Shown: positions 10,337 to 20,403, counted from the first letter of the stretch. The stretch is 64,000 bases of DNA from Oligoflexia bacterium (GCA_031292385.1 JARLHE010000028.1:76693-140692), one strand, 5' to 3'. Translations and numbers: made by a program. The notes: a model not told the origin generated them from the sequence alone.

Positions 10337-10359
10337 GACTGTCATTTTTTTAGACAGTC
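10337..10359. promoter_or_regulatory. Palindromic operator/enhancer candidate GACTGTC-N9-GACAGTC
   Basis: Perfect 7-bp arms about 120-140 nt upstream of the predicted sigma54 start. Could instead be a terminator hairpin of the acyl-CoA dehydrogenase gene. Confidence 0.4.
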
Positions 10360-10398
10360 GACCAAAAGCTGGCGAACCGCAAATCGCGTTTATTCAGC

Positions 10399-12144
10399 CT
10401 ACTTATCGAGCGGGCTGTCGAAAGGATAGCCGCCCCTCTCGTATGCCTGAGCGGCGATAAACTTCATCGCTTCATCATCGTTGCGATCCATGGCCTTGAA
10501 GTTCCCGCGGATGCTTCGGTTTGCACGATTGAAAAACGCTTCGGCCATCGCGAGCTCGAGCTGCGTTTTTTCAGGCCCCCCGTTCCTTGCAATGGCGTCC
10601 GTCACGCGGGCGAGCACGCAAGCCATCCCGTAGAGATCGATGGCGATATCCGCGATCCGCTTTTGCGCGAATTGCTTCTCCGCGATCTGCTTGCCGTGGC
10701 GGCGCAGGAGCACTTCCACCTGGGTCGCGAATTCGACCGAGTATTCCTCGAGCATTCCCGCCATCTTTTTGAGCGCGGGATGAGGCTTGGTCATGCTTTC
10801 GCCGAGGACATTCTGCTTCACCTTGCGAATCGCGAAGTCGCTCACCAGGCCGATGCCCTTCAGCGGATACTTGATCGCCTCGGCAAGGCCGGCCAGCTCC
10901 TGCCCCGGTCCCTGCATCCCGGTCAAAGCGATGAAGGCGCGCAGAATCTCGTTGGTTCCTTCGAAAATACGGTTGATTCGCGCGTCACGCAGCCAACGCT
11001 CATACGGGTACTCCTTCATGTAGCCCAGGCCCGCCCAGATCTGGATGTTTTCATCCATCACTTCCCAGAGCATTTCCGAGGCGTAAACTTTCGCAATCGC
11101 GCTCTCGACCGAGTAGTCCATATCCTTGCGATCGATGAAAGACGTGGTCATGTAAACCATGCTCTCGGCGACATAGGTTTTGGTCATCATGCGCGCGATC
11201 TTTTCCTGGATCTGTCCGAAATCGCCGATGCGCTTTTTGAACTGCACCCGTTCGGTGGCATGCTGAACCGACGCTTCGATGGCCTTTTTCGCGCCGCCGA
11301 TGCAACCGGCCGCAAGACCCAAACGTCCGTGATTGAGAACGCCCATCGCCACCTTGAATCCTTGGCCGATTCCGCCCACGACGTTCTCGACCGGGATCTT
11401 GAGGTTTTCGATGGTGATCGCGTTCGTCCAAGACGCGCGGATCCCGAGCTTGTGCTCGGGAGGACCCGGAATGAAACCTTCGGCCGGCAGCTCGACCACG
11501 AAGCAAGTCAGCTTGTCTTTCTTCACGCCCTTTTCTTCGACTTCGGTTTTGGCGAAAATCGTCGCGAAGGTCGCCACGCCGCCGTTGGTGATCCAAAGCT
11601 TGCTGCCGTTGAGGATCCAGTGCTTGCCGTCAGCGGATAATTTGGCGGAAGTCTTGATGGATGCCGCATCCGAGCCCGAGCCCGCTTCGGTCAGACAGTA
11701 GCAGGCGATCAATTCGCCCGCCGCGAGACGCGGCAGATATTTTTTCTTCTGCTCCTCGGCGCCGAAAAGCAAAAGCGCCTTGTAGCCGATGCTTTGATGA
11801 GCGCCCATGGTCACGGCGGATGCCCCGTCGATGGCCGCCATGGAGGCGAGAATGCGGACGTAGCCCGATTGCGGAAGCCCGAGCCCGCCGAATTCCTCCG
11901 GAACCGCGATGCCGAGAATCCCGAGCTCGGCCATTTGAGCGAGCATCTCTTTCGGCATCGCGCCTTTTTCGTCCCATTCGGCCGCTTTGATCTGCTCTTT
12001 GCTGAAGCGCTCGATCGAATCGAGCACCATTTTCACGGACTCGGCCGTTTCCGCCGGCAGATGAGGATAAGGAAAGATGAATTCTTCGCGAATCTGACCG
12101 AAAAAAAGCGACTTCATAAAGCTGTTCTGATTTATGCTCGTCAT
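10399..12144 (-). CDS. Acyl-CoA dehydrogenase, VLCAD/ACAD9-like long form
   Basis: CLTEAGSGSD, GSKLWITNG, KLGIRAS, RDARINRIFEGTNEI, plus C-terminal extension. Confidence 0.93.
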   Translation of the reverse strand: MTSINQNSFMKSLFFGQIREEFIFPYPHLPAETAESVKMVLDSIERFSKEQIKAAEWDEKGAMPKEMLAQMAELGILGIAVPEEFGGLGLPQSGYVRILASMAAIDGASAVTMGAHQSIGYKALLLFGAEEQKKKYLPRLAAGELIACYCLTEAGSGSDAASIKTSAKLSADGKHWILNGSKLWITNGGVATFATIFAKTEVEEKGVKKDKLTCFVVELPAEGFIPGPPEHKLGIRASWTNAITIENLKIPVENVVGGIGQGFKVAMGVLNHGRLGLAAGCIGGAKKAIEASVQHATERVQFKKRIGDFGQIQEKIARMMTKTYVAESMVYMTTSFIDRKDMDYSVESAIAKVYASEMLWEVMDENIQIWAGLGYMKEYPYERWLRDARINRIFEGTNEILRAFIALTGMQGPGQELAGLAEAIKYPLKGIGLVSDFAIRKVKQNVLGESMTKPHPALKKMAGMLEEYSVEFATQVEVLLRRHGKQIAEKQFAQKRIADIAIDLYGMACVLARVTDAIARNGGPEKTQLELAMAEAFFNRANRSIRGNFKAMDRNDDEAMKFIAAQAYERGGYPFDSPLDK

Positions 12145-12347
12145 TTGAATCCCCTGTGACAATTTGTCATTTGAAAGTAACAAAATCATTCAGTTCTGAC
12201 AAACTGTCCTACGCTTTGCGCTATTTCAGAATTCGCTGGGCGGCCGTCAAAAAACCGGCTTAAGATGAATCAGAAGAACCTGAATGATTTTAAGGCCGTT
12301 CCGGAACAACTGAGGGAGTTTTCATCTTGGCGCATTTTGACTATATC

Positions 12348-12363
12348 TGGCACTGGGCTTGCT
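12348..12363 (+). promoter_or_regulatory. sigma54 promoter of the T2SS operon
   Basis: TGGCAC-TGGGC-TTGCT, a perfect consensus match, 28 nt before gspC ATG 12392. Confidence 0.75.
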
Positions 12364-12391
12364 CTTGCGTCATATGCCGCTTGGGCGTTTC

Positions 12392-13657
12392 ATGAAAAAA
12401 ATTTTCGATCGATTCAGAAAAAAATCTTCTCACGGCGAGCAGATCGAGCTCCCTGAAGAAGAGTCCGGACCTCAGATGGAGGTGCTCGAAGGCAAAATCG
12501 TCGAGCGCACGTCGGAGCATACGGTTGACCGAACGGTATTGAACGTCGGTCAAACCGGCGGCACGCCTACCCCCGAACCGGAAACTCCCTCCGCGCCTCC
12601 GCTGGAAGAACCGACGCAAGCGTTCGAACCGCCTCCGGAAGAACAACAGCCTGAAGCGGCGCCCGAGCCTACAAACGAAGGCACCCGCACCCGCCTGACG
12701 CGCATTCTGAAGGGCAAACACGTCCAACAGATCCCGGCCGTGATCGCCAATCTCGATTACCGCGAGTTTGCCGAACGCATGACCCGCATCGCCCAAGGGC
12801 GCGGCTATGCCTTTTACGGCAAGATATTGACGATCATGCTTTGCGCGTTTTTCCTCGCCGACGTGATCGCGCTTCTCGTGGGAAGCCGCATCCCCGAGCC
12901 TCCGACCCCGAGGCCGTCTTTCGCGCTGAAAAAGCCTCGGTCGCTCGAGGACTTCAACATCGTCATGACTCGCAATCTCTTCAACCATAAAGGACTGATC
13001 CCGGGCGAAGAGACGCAGGCCCCCGGCTTCGATCCAGGCGGGGCCCCGGTCAAATCGACGCTGCCCCTGAATCTCCTGGGCACCGTGATCCTGCGCGACG
13101 AGCGGCGCTCCATCGCCACCATCGAGGACAAAAGCGCGAGCATGGTTTACCCGATTCGCGTCGACGAGGAGATCCCGGGCAAGGCCCGAATCGTCAAGAT
13201 CGAGCCGACGCGGGTGATCTTCGTCAATATCCAGGCCAATCATCGGGAATACATCGAGCTGCCGGAAGACCTGATCATGCGCAAGAGCGTCGGCGTGGCG
13301 AACGGGCCCGCGACACCCGGCATCGAGCAAGTGGCCTCCAATCAATTCAACATCGACCGCAAGGAGGTCGATAAGGCCCTCTCCGACCTCAACAATATTC
13401 TCACGCAAGCCCGCGCCGTGCCGAACTTCGAAAACGGGGTGGCCTCCGGCTACAAGCTTTTTCAAATTGTCCCGCATAGCATTTACGACCAGCTCGGTCT
13501 CAAGAACGGCGACGTGATCGCCGGTCTCGACGGGCAGCCGGTCAACGACCCTGGCAAAGCATTTGAGCTTCTCAACAGCCTTAAGACGCGCTCGAGCCTG
13601 GAACTCCAGATCAAGCGCGACGGAAAGTCGCAGACGTTCTCATATGAAATCCACTAA
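12392..13657 (+). CDS. gspC: Type II secretion protein C (PDZ-containing)
   Basis: Single TM, HR domain LNLLGTV...ATIE, PDZ GYKLFQIVPHSIYDQLGLKNGDVI; first gene of the gsp operon. Confidence 0.9.
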   Translation: MKKIFDRFRKKSSHGEQIELPEEESGPQMEVLEGKIVERTSEHTVDRTVLNVGQTGGTPTPEPETPSAPPLEEPTQAFEPPPEEQQPEAAPEPTNEGTRTRLTRILKGKHVQQIPAVIANLDYREFAERMTRIAQGRGYAFYGKILTIMLCAFFLADVIALLVGSRIPEPPTPRPSFALKKPRSLEDFNIVMTRNLFNHKGLIPGEETQAPGFDPGGAPVKSTLPLNLLGTVILRDERRSIATIEDKSASMVYPIRVDEEIPGKARIVKIEPTRVIFVNIQANHREYIELPEDLIMRKSVGVANGPATPGIEQVASNQFNIDRKEVDKALSDLNNILTQARAVPNFENGVASGYKLFQIVPHSIYDQLGLKNGDVIAGLDGQPVNDPGKAFELLNSLKTRSSLELQIKRDGKSQTFSYEIH

Positions 13658-16337
13658 AACCGAAACCGCGTTCAATTTTGGCGATTCCGTCAGCGAGCAC
13701 GAGCTCAAATGGGTCCGAATCACGGCCGGCACGGCGGGGCTGATCGGGCTCATCGGCTTGTTCGCCTTGATGACGAGCAACGCCCACGCGCAAACAGCCG
13801 GCTTCGCGCCGGGCGCGCGGCCCTTTCCGAGCCCGTTCGCTAATCACGCCGGCGCGCCCGCAAACGCCGCCCCTGCGGCCCAAGCGGCGCCGGGCGCCCC
13901 GTCGCAATCGCAGAACAAAAATTTCTTCGACGACGAAGACGAAGAAAACGCGCAAGGCGCGGCGGCCGCGCCGGGCGCGCGAGGTACGGGATTCGCCCCT
14001 CCCGGCGGCGCCCCTCAGGGCAACGCGGTCTCGGGCGGAGGCAGCCCGAATCCTTCCGGCGTGATCTCGCGCAATAACAGCGCGGCCATTCCGGTTGACG
14101 CCGAAACCGGCGAAGGCGGCCGCGAAGTCGTCAATGACTTCAATTTTCCCGACGCCGACATCATGGATATCGCCAAGACCCTGGGCAAGCTCACGGGCAA
14201 GAATTTCATTTTCGACAAGGACGTGAAAGGCCGCATCAGCATCATTTCCAACTCGCCGATCACGGTGAGCGACGCTTGGAAAGCCTTTCTGACCGCGCTC
14301 GACATGAACCAGTTCGCGCTCATTCCTTCGGGCAAATACATTCGCATCGCCCGCCAGCGCGACGCCCGCGACAAACAGCTCAGAACTTACACCGGCGACT
14401 ACTCGCCCGACACGGACGCGCTGATCACGCGCGTGTTCCCGCTGAAGTACATCGACGCCGAAGAAGTCGCGCGCACTTTCCGCGGCTTCATGCCGGCGAA
14501 CTCCCGCATCGTCCCTTACGAGCAGACCAACACGATCATCGTGACCGATACCGGCGCCAACATTTCGAAGCTGGGCAAGATGCTCGAGATCCTCGACGTC
14601 GAAGGCTATGACGTCGGGCTCGACGTCATCAGCGTGCGCTACGCGTCGGCCGCGGAGCTCTCGAAATTGATCGATACGCTGATTCCCGGAACCGGCGGAT
14701 CCCCCGCGGGCGGCGGCGCGGCTCCCCGCTTTGGCGCGGCCGCGGGCGGCGCCGGGCGCTTCAGCGCGCGACGGACCAAAGAAGGCGGCGTGATCAACAC
14801 GATCATCGCCGACGAGCGCACCAACACCCTGATCGTGAACGCCAACAGCAAAGGCGCCGAGCAGGTTCGCGCGCTGGTCGCGCGCCTGGACCAAAAGCAA
14901 CCGGCAATCACGGGCGGCGGGAAAGTCCACGTCGTCTACTTGCAGTTCGCCGACGCCGAGCAGATCGCGAACACCCTGAACAGCATTTCCCAAAACGCGG
15001 TCGCGGGCGCGGCTCACCCCCCCGGGGCCACCGGCGCCGCCGGCGGGACGGGCGTCAACCCGACCACTCAAACCTTGTTCGAATCGAACGTGAAAGTTTC
15101 CCCCGACAAGGCGACCAATGCGCTCGTGATCAACGCCTCGCCGGCCGACTTCGTGACCGTGCAACGAGTGATCACCCGGCTCGATATCCCGCGCGATGAA
15201 GTCTACGTCGAAATCATCGTCATGGAAGTCGCTTTGAACAAATCGTTTGATTATTCCAGCAACGTCGTCAGCCCGACGAACGGCGTGGGACTGACGACCA
15301 ATAACGACTTGTCGTCTTTCATCATGAACCCGATCGGCCTGACCGGCGCCTTGATCGGCATCCCGTTCGGCAAGCAAACCACGGTGACGGTTGGTAGTAC
15401 GTCCTACCCCGTGTACAGTGTGCAGGGCCTGATCAAGCTGATCCAAAGCAACACGAAATCGAACGTGCTCGCGACCCCGCAAATCATCGCGCTCGATAAC
15501 TCGGAAGCGAATTTCGAGTCGGCGGAAAAAATTCCGTACCTGACGACGACCGCGGTCCAAGGCGCGGGAACTTCGCAATCGGTCAGCAAAGAATCGGTCG
15601 CGCTTTCGATCAAGATCAAGCCGCAGATCAACAAGAGCTCGAATTTCGTGAAGCTCGATGTGGAAACCAAGATCGGCGCAATCGAGCAGCGCAACCTTCC
15701 CTCGGCGGTCCAGAACCAAGCGTACGCGACGCTCGAGCGCACCGCCAAGACTACGGTCGTGGTGGGCGATTCGGATACCATTGTCCTGGGCGGCTTAATG
15801 CGTGACGACGTCGTGGACACGGTGTCGAAAATCCCGATCCTGGGCGACATCCCGATTCTGGGCTGGTTGTTCAGCGCGAAAGACTCGACGGTCACCAAGA
15901 CCAATCTCCTCATGTTCATGACCCCGCACATCGTGCGGCAATACGAGAAAGTCCGTGAAATTCTCGATCGCAAGCTCAAAGAACGTGATAACTACATCGA
16001 GAAGAACTTCGGCGGCGAGGATCCTTATCGCGATAATCGTGACGAGATGATCCGGCGTCTCCCCGACATCAAGGAGCTGATGAACCGAAAGGTCGAAACC
16101 TCGGTCAGCCTTGATGAAAACCAGGAAACTTATAACAAAGATGTGCTGAAAGAGGCGGCACACGCCCCTGGCGCCACGCCTCCGGCGGTGGAAACGCCGG
16201 CTCAACTCGCGCCCGGAGCGGCGGCGGCTCCGGCAGCTCCGATCGAACGACCGGCTCCGATCAGCCCTCCGGCCCAGCCGGACGCGCTGCCGGCGCCGCA
16301 AGCGGCGCCGACTCCTGAAGGGAACGTTATTCAATGA
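13644..16337 (+). CDS. gspD: Type II secretion secretin D
   Basis: N0-N3 domains (FPDADIMDI, ADERTNTLIV) and secretin signature KIPILGDIPILGWLF. Confidence 0.96.
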   Translation: MKSTKTETAFNFGDSVSEHELKWVRITAGTAGLIGLIGLFALMTSNAHAQTAGFAPGARPFPSPFANHAGAPANAAPAAQAAPGAPSQSQNKNFFDDEDEENAQGAAAAPGARGTGFAPPGGAPQGNAVSGGGSPNPSGVISRNNSAAIPVDAETGEGGREVVNDFNFPDADIMDIAKTLGKLTGKNFIFDKDVKGRISIISNSPITVSDAWKAFLTALDMNQFALIPSGKYIRIARQRDARDKQLRTYTGDYSPDTDALITRVFPLKYIDAEEVARTFRGFMPANSRIVPYEQTNTIIVTDTGANISKLGKMLEILDVEGYDVGLDVISVRYASAAELSKLIDTLIPGTGGSPAGGGAAPRFGAAAGGAGRFSARRTKEGGVINTIIADERTNTLIVNANSKGAEQVRALVARLDQKQPAITGGGKVHVVYLQFADAEQIANTLNSISQNAVAGAAHPPGATGAAGGTGVNPTTQTLFESNVKVSPDKATNALVINASPADFVTVQRVITRLDIPRDEVYVEIIVMEVALNKSFDYSSNVVSPTNGVGLTTNNDLSSFIMNPIGLTGALIGIPFGKQTTVTVGSTSYPVYSVQGLIKLIQSNTKSNVLATPQIIALDNSEANFESAEKIPYLTTTAVQGAGTSQSVSKESVALSIKIKPQINKSSNFVKLDVETKIGAIEQRNLPSAVQNQAYATLERTAKTTVVVGDSDTIVLGGLMRDDVVDTVSKIPILGDIPILGWLFSAKDSTVTKTNLLMFMTPHIVRQYEKVREILDRKLKERDNYIEKNFGGEDPYRDNRDEMIRRLPDIKELMNRKVETSVSLDENQETYNKDVLKEAAHAPGATPPAVETPAQLAPGAAAAPAAPIERPAPISPPAQPDALPAPQAAPTPEGNVIQ

Positions 16338-18067
16338 GTGGATCCGCAAAACAAGCCACGTTCGCCGAACCGAAAATCGGCGAGATTCTCCTCAAGCACA
16401 CGTCCCTGACGGCGGAGCAGCTCGCGGAGGCGATCCAGACCCAAGCCCGCGAAGGCGGTCTGCTCGGCGATATTCTGGTTCGGAAAAACCTGATCCTTCC
16501 GCACGAGCTGATGCGCGCGCTTTGCATTCAGATCGGGATCCCTTTCATTGAAGACCTGAAGGCCAATGAAATCGATCCCGCGCTGCTGAGCACGATCCCG
16601 ATCAACTACGCGAAAACCAAGGAATGCCTGCCGATCGGGATCCAGCCGGGCCCGCACGGCGATATTCTCATCGTCTGCGTATCGGATCCATTCGCCCCAG
16701 CCATCGCGGATGACCTGCGGGTCCTGACCGGCAAGCACATCCGGATCGTGGTCAGCACGAGCATGCGAATTCAAGATGCGATCAACCGCGTCTACGAGCG
16801 CAGCACGGCCAACTTGGTGGAGAAAATCGAAGGCGACTTCGACGAGGCTTACGATCTCGAAGGCCCGATCGATATTCTCGAAGCGACGGAAGACGACGCC
16901 CCGGTGATCCGTTTCGTCAATTCGTTGATCTTCCGCGCGGTCAAAGAGAAGGCTTCCGATATCCACATCGAGCCTTTCGAAAAGGAATTCGTCGTGCGCT
17001 TCCGGGTGGACGGCGTTCTTTACGACGTCATCCGGCAGCCCAAAAAAGCGCACGCCGCGATCTCATCCCGCATCAAGGTCATGGGCGTGCTCGATATCGC
17101 CGAAAAACGCCTGCCCCAGGACGGCCGCATCAAGATCAAGATCGCCGGCAAAGACGTCGACATCCGACTCTCGACGTTGCCGACTTTGTACGGCGAGCGC
17201 CTGGTCATGCGTATTCTCGAGCAATCCGGCACCCCGCTGCAGCTCAAGCAGCTGGGCTTTTCCGAGAAAAGCTCGGACGCGATCGACCGGCTGATTTTCA
17301 GCAAATACGGAATCATTCTCGTGACCGGGCCGACGGGTTCCGGTAAATCGACCACCCTTTCGTCTTGTCTCGTGAAGCTCAACAGCTCCGAGCGCAACAT
17401 CATGACCGTCGAAGACCCGGTCGAATATCAGATTCCCGGCATCAATCAGGTGCAGGCGAACACCAAAATCGGACTGACCTTCGCCGCGGCCTTGCGCTCC
17501 TTTCTGCGCCAAAACCCGGACATCATCATGGTCGGCGAAATTCGCGACCGGGAGACCGCCGAAATCGCGATCAATGCGTCGCTCACCGGCCACTTGGTCC
17601 TCTCCACGCTGCATACGAACGACTCGGCGGGCGCGCCGACCCGCTTGATCGACATGGGGGTCGAGCCATTCCTGGTCGCAAGCTCGCTGCTGGGCGTGAT
17701 CGCCCAGCGCCTGATCCGCCGGGTCTGCTCCAAGTGCAAAGTTCCGCATACGCCGTCCGAATTCGAAATGCATGAGCTGGGTATGAAAGCGCTTCCGCCG
17801 GATGCCACGATTTACCGCGCGGTCGGCTGCGCGTCCTGCTCGCAAACGGGGTATTCGGGCCGAACGGTGATTCACGAGCTGCTGACCATCGACGATAAGA
17901 TCCGCAGCTTGATCATCCGGAATACCGATGCGAACGAGGTCAAGAAGGTCGCCGTCGAGGCCGGCATGATCCCGCTTCGCGCGGACGGAATCGGCAAAGT
18001 CCTCGCGGGCATCACGACGGTCGACGAGCTCATGCGCGCGACCCACGCGGACGTCGAGACGGGATAA
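16334..18067 (+). CDS. gspE: Type II secretion ATPase E
   Basis: ASDIHIEP, GPTGSGKST, LRQNPDIIMVGEIRD, tetracysteine motif. Confidence 0.97.
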   Translation: MSGSAKQATFAEPKIGEILLKHTSLTAEQLAEAIQTQAREGGLLGDILVRKNLILPHELMRALCIQIGIPFIEDLKANEIDPALLSTIPINYAKTKECLPIGIQPGPHGDILIVCVSDPFAPAIADDLRVLTGKHIRIVVSTSMRIQDAINRVYERSTANLVEKIEGDFDEAYDLEGPIDILEATEDDAPVIRFVNSLIFRAVKEKASDIHIEPFEKEFVVRFRVDGVLYDVIRQPKKAHAAISSRIKVMGVLDIAEKRLPQDGRIKIKIAGKDVDIRLSTLPTLYGERLVMRILEQSGTPLQLKQLGFSEKSSDAIDRLIFSKYGIILVTGPTGSGKSTTLSSCLVKLNSSERNIMTVEDPVEYQIPGINQVQANTKIGLTFAAALRSFLRQNPDIIMVGEIRDRETAEIAINASLTGHLVLSTLHTNDSAGAPTRLIDMGVEPFLVASSLLGVIAQRLIRRVCSKCKVPHTPSEFEMHELGMKALPPDATIYRAVGCASCSQTGYSGRTVIHELLTIDDKIRSLIIRNTDANEVKKVAVEAGMIPLRADGIGKVLAGITTVDELMRATHADVETG

Positions 18068-18070
18068 AAA

Positions 18071-19294
18071 ATGCCACCACTCTACGACTACAAAGCGCTT
18101 TCAGCCGATGGCAAGCCCGCCAAGGGCATCGTTGAAGCCGAAAGCCAAAAGGCCGCCCGGACCAAGCTGAAAAAGCAAGGCTTGATGGTGACGGGCATCA
18201 CCGAAAAGAATTCGACCCAGCGATCGAGCACCTCGTCGGTGCCGTTCTTCGGCGGAAGGGTCAGCGGCGCGGAAATCGCCGCCATGACCCGGCAGCTCGC
18301 CTCGCTCATCAAAGCCAATATCCCACTCGTGGAAGCCCTCACCGCCATGGTGGATCAAACCGAGAACGAGCGGCTCAAAGTGATTCTTTCGCAAGTGCGC
18401 CAGGACGTGAACGAGGGTTCGAGTTTCGCGAAAGCCCTGGCAACGCATCCGAAAGTCTTCGATTCGATTTTCGTCAACATGATCGAAGCGGGCGAAAGCT
18501 CGGGCACCTTGGGTTTGGTATTGCTCCGGCTCGCGGACCTGAAAGAGGCGCAGATGCGCCTGCGCAGCAAAGTCATCGGCGGCATGACCTACCCCGCTTT
18601 GATGATGGGGGTCGCCTTCGTTTTGATGCTGGGCATATTTACATTCGTCATCCCTCAGATGCAGAAGATCTTCACCTCGATGAACAAGAAGATGCCTCCC
18701 ATCACCGCCCTCTTAATGAGCCTCTCCGAGTTCATCGTGAGCTACTGGTATCTGATCGCGCTGAGCGTCGGCCTTTTCCTGTTCTTCTTTCTTAAGTTCA
18801 TCCGCTCGGCGGGCGGCAAGCCGAAATGGGACGCCTTCAAGCTGACGCTGCCCATCATGGGCCCGCTGATCCGGCTGATCGCCGTCACCCGCTTCGCGAA
18901 CACGCTCGGTACCCTGCTGAGCAGCAACGTGCCGATCCTGGCGGCGATGAACATCGCGAAGAACCTGGTCGGCAACGTTCCGATCGAACGGGCCATCACC
19001 GACGCGCGAGAAAACATCACCGAAGGCCAATCGATCGCCGATCCATTGCGAAAAAGCGGCCAGTTCCCGCCCATGATGATCCATATGATCGCGATCGGGG
19101 AAAAAACCGGCGAGCTTCCGGCCATGCTCAAAAACATCGCCGATACGTATGAAGAACAGGTAAACACGAAAATCGACGCCATGACCTCGCTGCTCGAACC
19201 CCTCATGATCATCATGATGGGCGGCGCCGTCGCGGTGATCGTGCTCGCCGTATTCGTTCCGCTTTTGGATATTTCAAACATCAATCAACGTTGA
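18071..19294 (+). CDS. gspF: Type II secretion platform protein F
   Basis: TRQLASL, EAGESSGTL, TYP, IGEKTGEL, LLEP. Confidence 0.96.
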   Translation: MPPLYDYKALSADGKPAKGIVEAESQKAARTKLKKQGLMVTGITEKNSTQRSSTSSVPFFGGRVSGAEIAAMTRQLASLIKANIPLVEALTAMVDQTENERLKVILSQVRQDVNEGSSFAKALATHPKVFDSIFVNMIEAGESSGTLGLVLLRLADLKEAQMRLRSKVIGGMTYPALMMGVAFVLMLGIFTFVIPQMQKIFTSMNKKMPPITALLMSLSEFIVSYWYLIALSVGLFLFFFLKFIRSAGGKPKWDAFKLTLPIMGPLIRLIAVTRFANTLGTLLSSNVPILAAMNIAKNLVGNVPIERAITDARENITEGQSIADPLRKSGQFPPMMIHMIAIGEKTGELPAMLKNIADTYEEQVNTKIDAMTSLLEPLMIIMMGGAVAVIVLAVFVPLLDISNINQR

Positions 19295-19313
19295 GATAAG
19301 GAGAGAAACTGAA

Positions 19314-19781
19314 ATGAAACTGAAATCTGACTTAAAATCGGCGGTCCGGTCCGCCATCCTGAAATCCCAAAAGGGTTTCACGCTCATCGAGCTTTTGATC
19401 GTCATCGCGGTCATCGGCTTGATCGGCACCCTGGTCGCCACGAACGTGATGAGCCGCTTCGAAGAGGCGAAAGTCAAGTCCGCGCGCATCCAGATCCAGC
19501 AGCTGGGCGTCGTGCTCGATGACTTCCGCCGGGTCTGCGGCTTTTATCCCACCTCGGAGCAAGGCCTCGACGCGCTCGTGAAAGCTCCGGTCGGCCGTGA
19601 GTGCAAGAACTACGATCCTGAAGGGTTCGTCAAGGGCGGAAAGGTCCCGAAGGATCCGTGGGGCAACGACTACATTTACGAAAACAGCGGAAACAAATAC
19701 ATCCTCAAGTCCTGGGGGCCCAATGGCCAAGGCAGCCCGGATCAGAAAGGCATCATTTCTTCCGCGGATGATCAAAGCTGA
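19314..19781 (+). CDS. gspG: Major pseudopilin G
   Basis: G|FTLIE prepilin site, YPTSEQGLDALV, PKDPWGNDYIY. Confidence 0.95.
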   Translation: MKLKSDLKSAVRSAILKSQKGFTLIELLIVIAVIGLIGTLVATNVMSRFEEAKVKSARIQIQQLGVVLDDFRRVCGFYPTSEQGLDALVKAPVGRECKNYDPEGFVKGGKVPKDPWGNDYIYENSGNKYILKSWGPNGQGSPDQKGIISSADDQS

Positions 19782-19782
19782 G

Positions 19783-20403
19783 ATGGATCGGCGCGATGCA
19801 CGGGACGGCTTCACCCTGATCGAAGTCATCGTCGTCATCGCGCTGATCGCGGTTATCGCCGTGATCGCGCTTCCGAGCGTCAGCAGTTATTTCCAGGTCT
19901 CGATCGAGAGCGCGACGCGGAAAATAGCCTCGACCTTCAAAGACGCCTATAATTCGGCGGCCATCACCGGAAATGTCTACCGGCTCGTTTACGACATGAA
20001 AAGCGAAGAATACTGGGTGGAAAGCGGTCCGCCCACGACCCTTCTCGATACGGCCGAATCCAAAGAAAAGGCCGCGGGCCGGCGCCGCTTCGGGCAAAGC
20101 GCCAGCTCGCAGCCGGCATCGCCCTTTGAGATCGACAAGAGCGTGACGAGCAAGAAAATGGCGCTGCCCCGAGGGGTTAAGTTCGAGGATGTCATCACGC
20201 AGCAAAGCAAGGAACCCCTTGCGCCTCCCGTGACGACGGTCGCCTACACTCACATCTTTCCGAACGGCATGACGGAGCCGACCATCCTTCATCTGAAGGA
20301 CGAATCCGACCACCATGTATCGCTGGTCTTCACCATCGTCGCCGGACATACCGACCTTTACTCGCGTTACATCAAGGAAGACGAGGCTTTCGGCAAAAAA
20401 TGA
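19783..20403 (+). CDS. gspH: Minor pseudopilin H
   Basis: G|FTLIEV prepilin site; position after gspG; ATG 19783. Confidence 0.85.
   Translation: MDRRDARDGFTLIEVIVVIALIAVIAVIALPSVSSYFQVSIESATRKIASTFKDAYNSAAITGNVYRLVYDMKSEEYWVESGPPTTLLDTAESKEKAAGRRRFGQSASSQPASPFEIDKSVTSKKMALPRGVKFEDVITQQSKEPLAPPVTTVAYTHIFPNGMTEPTILHLKDESDHHVSLVFTIVAGHTDLYSRYIKEDEAFGKK

Noticed and set aside
10239-10460. 73-aa plus-strand ORF in the carD spacer
   Set aside because: No SD, no recognisable composition, and it overlaps the 3' end of the acyl-CoA dehydrogenase gene.
13611-15719. 702-aa antisense ORF over gspD, and similar long shadows at 4670-6208, 6499-7944, 28764-30497, 36041-37480, 39997-41241, 54071-56251 and 62788-63993
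   Set aside because: Mirror-frame ORFs expected from GC-rich third-position codon bias; no motifs, and they overlap well-supported genes.
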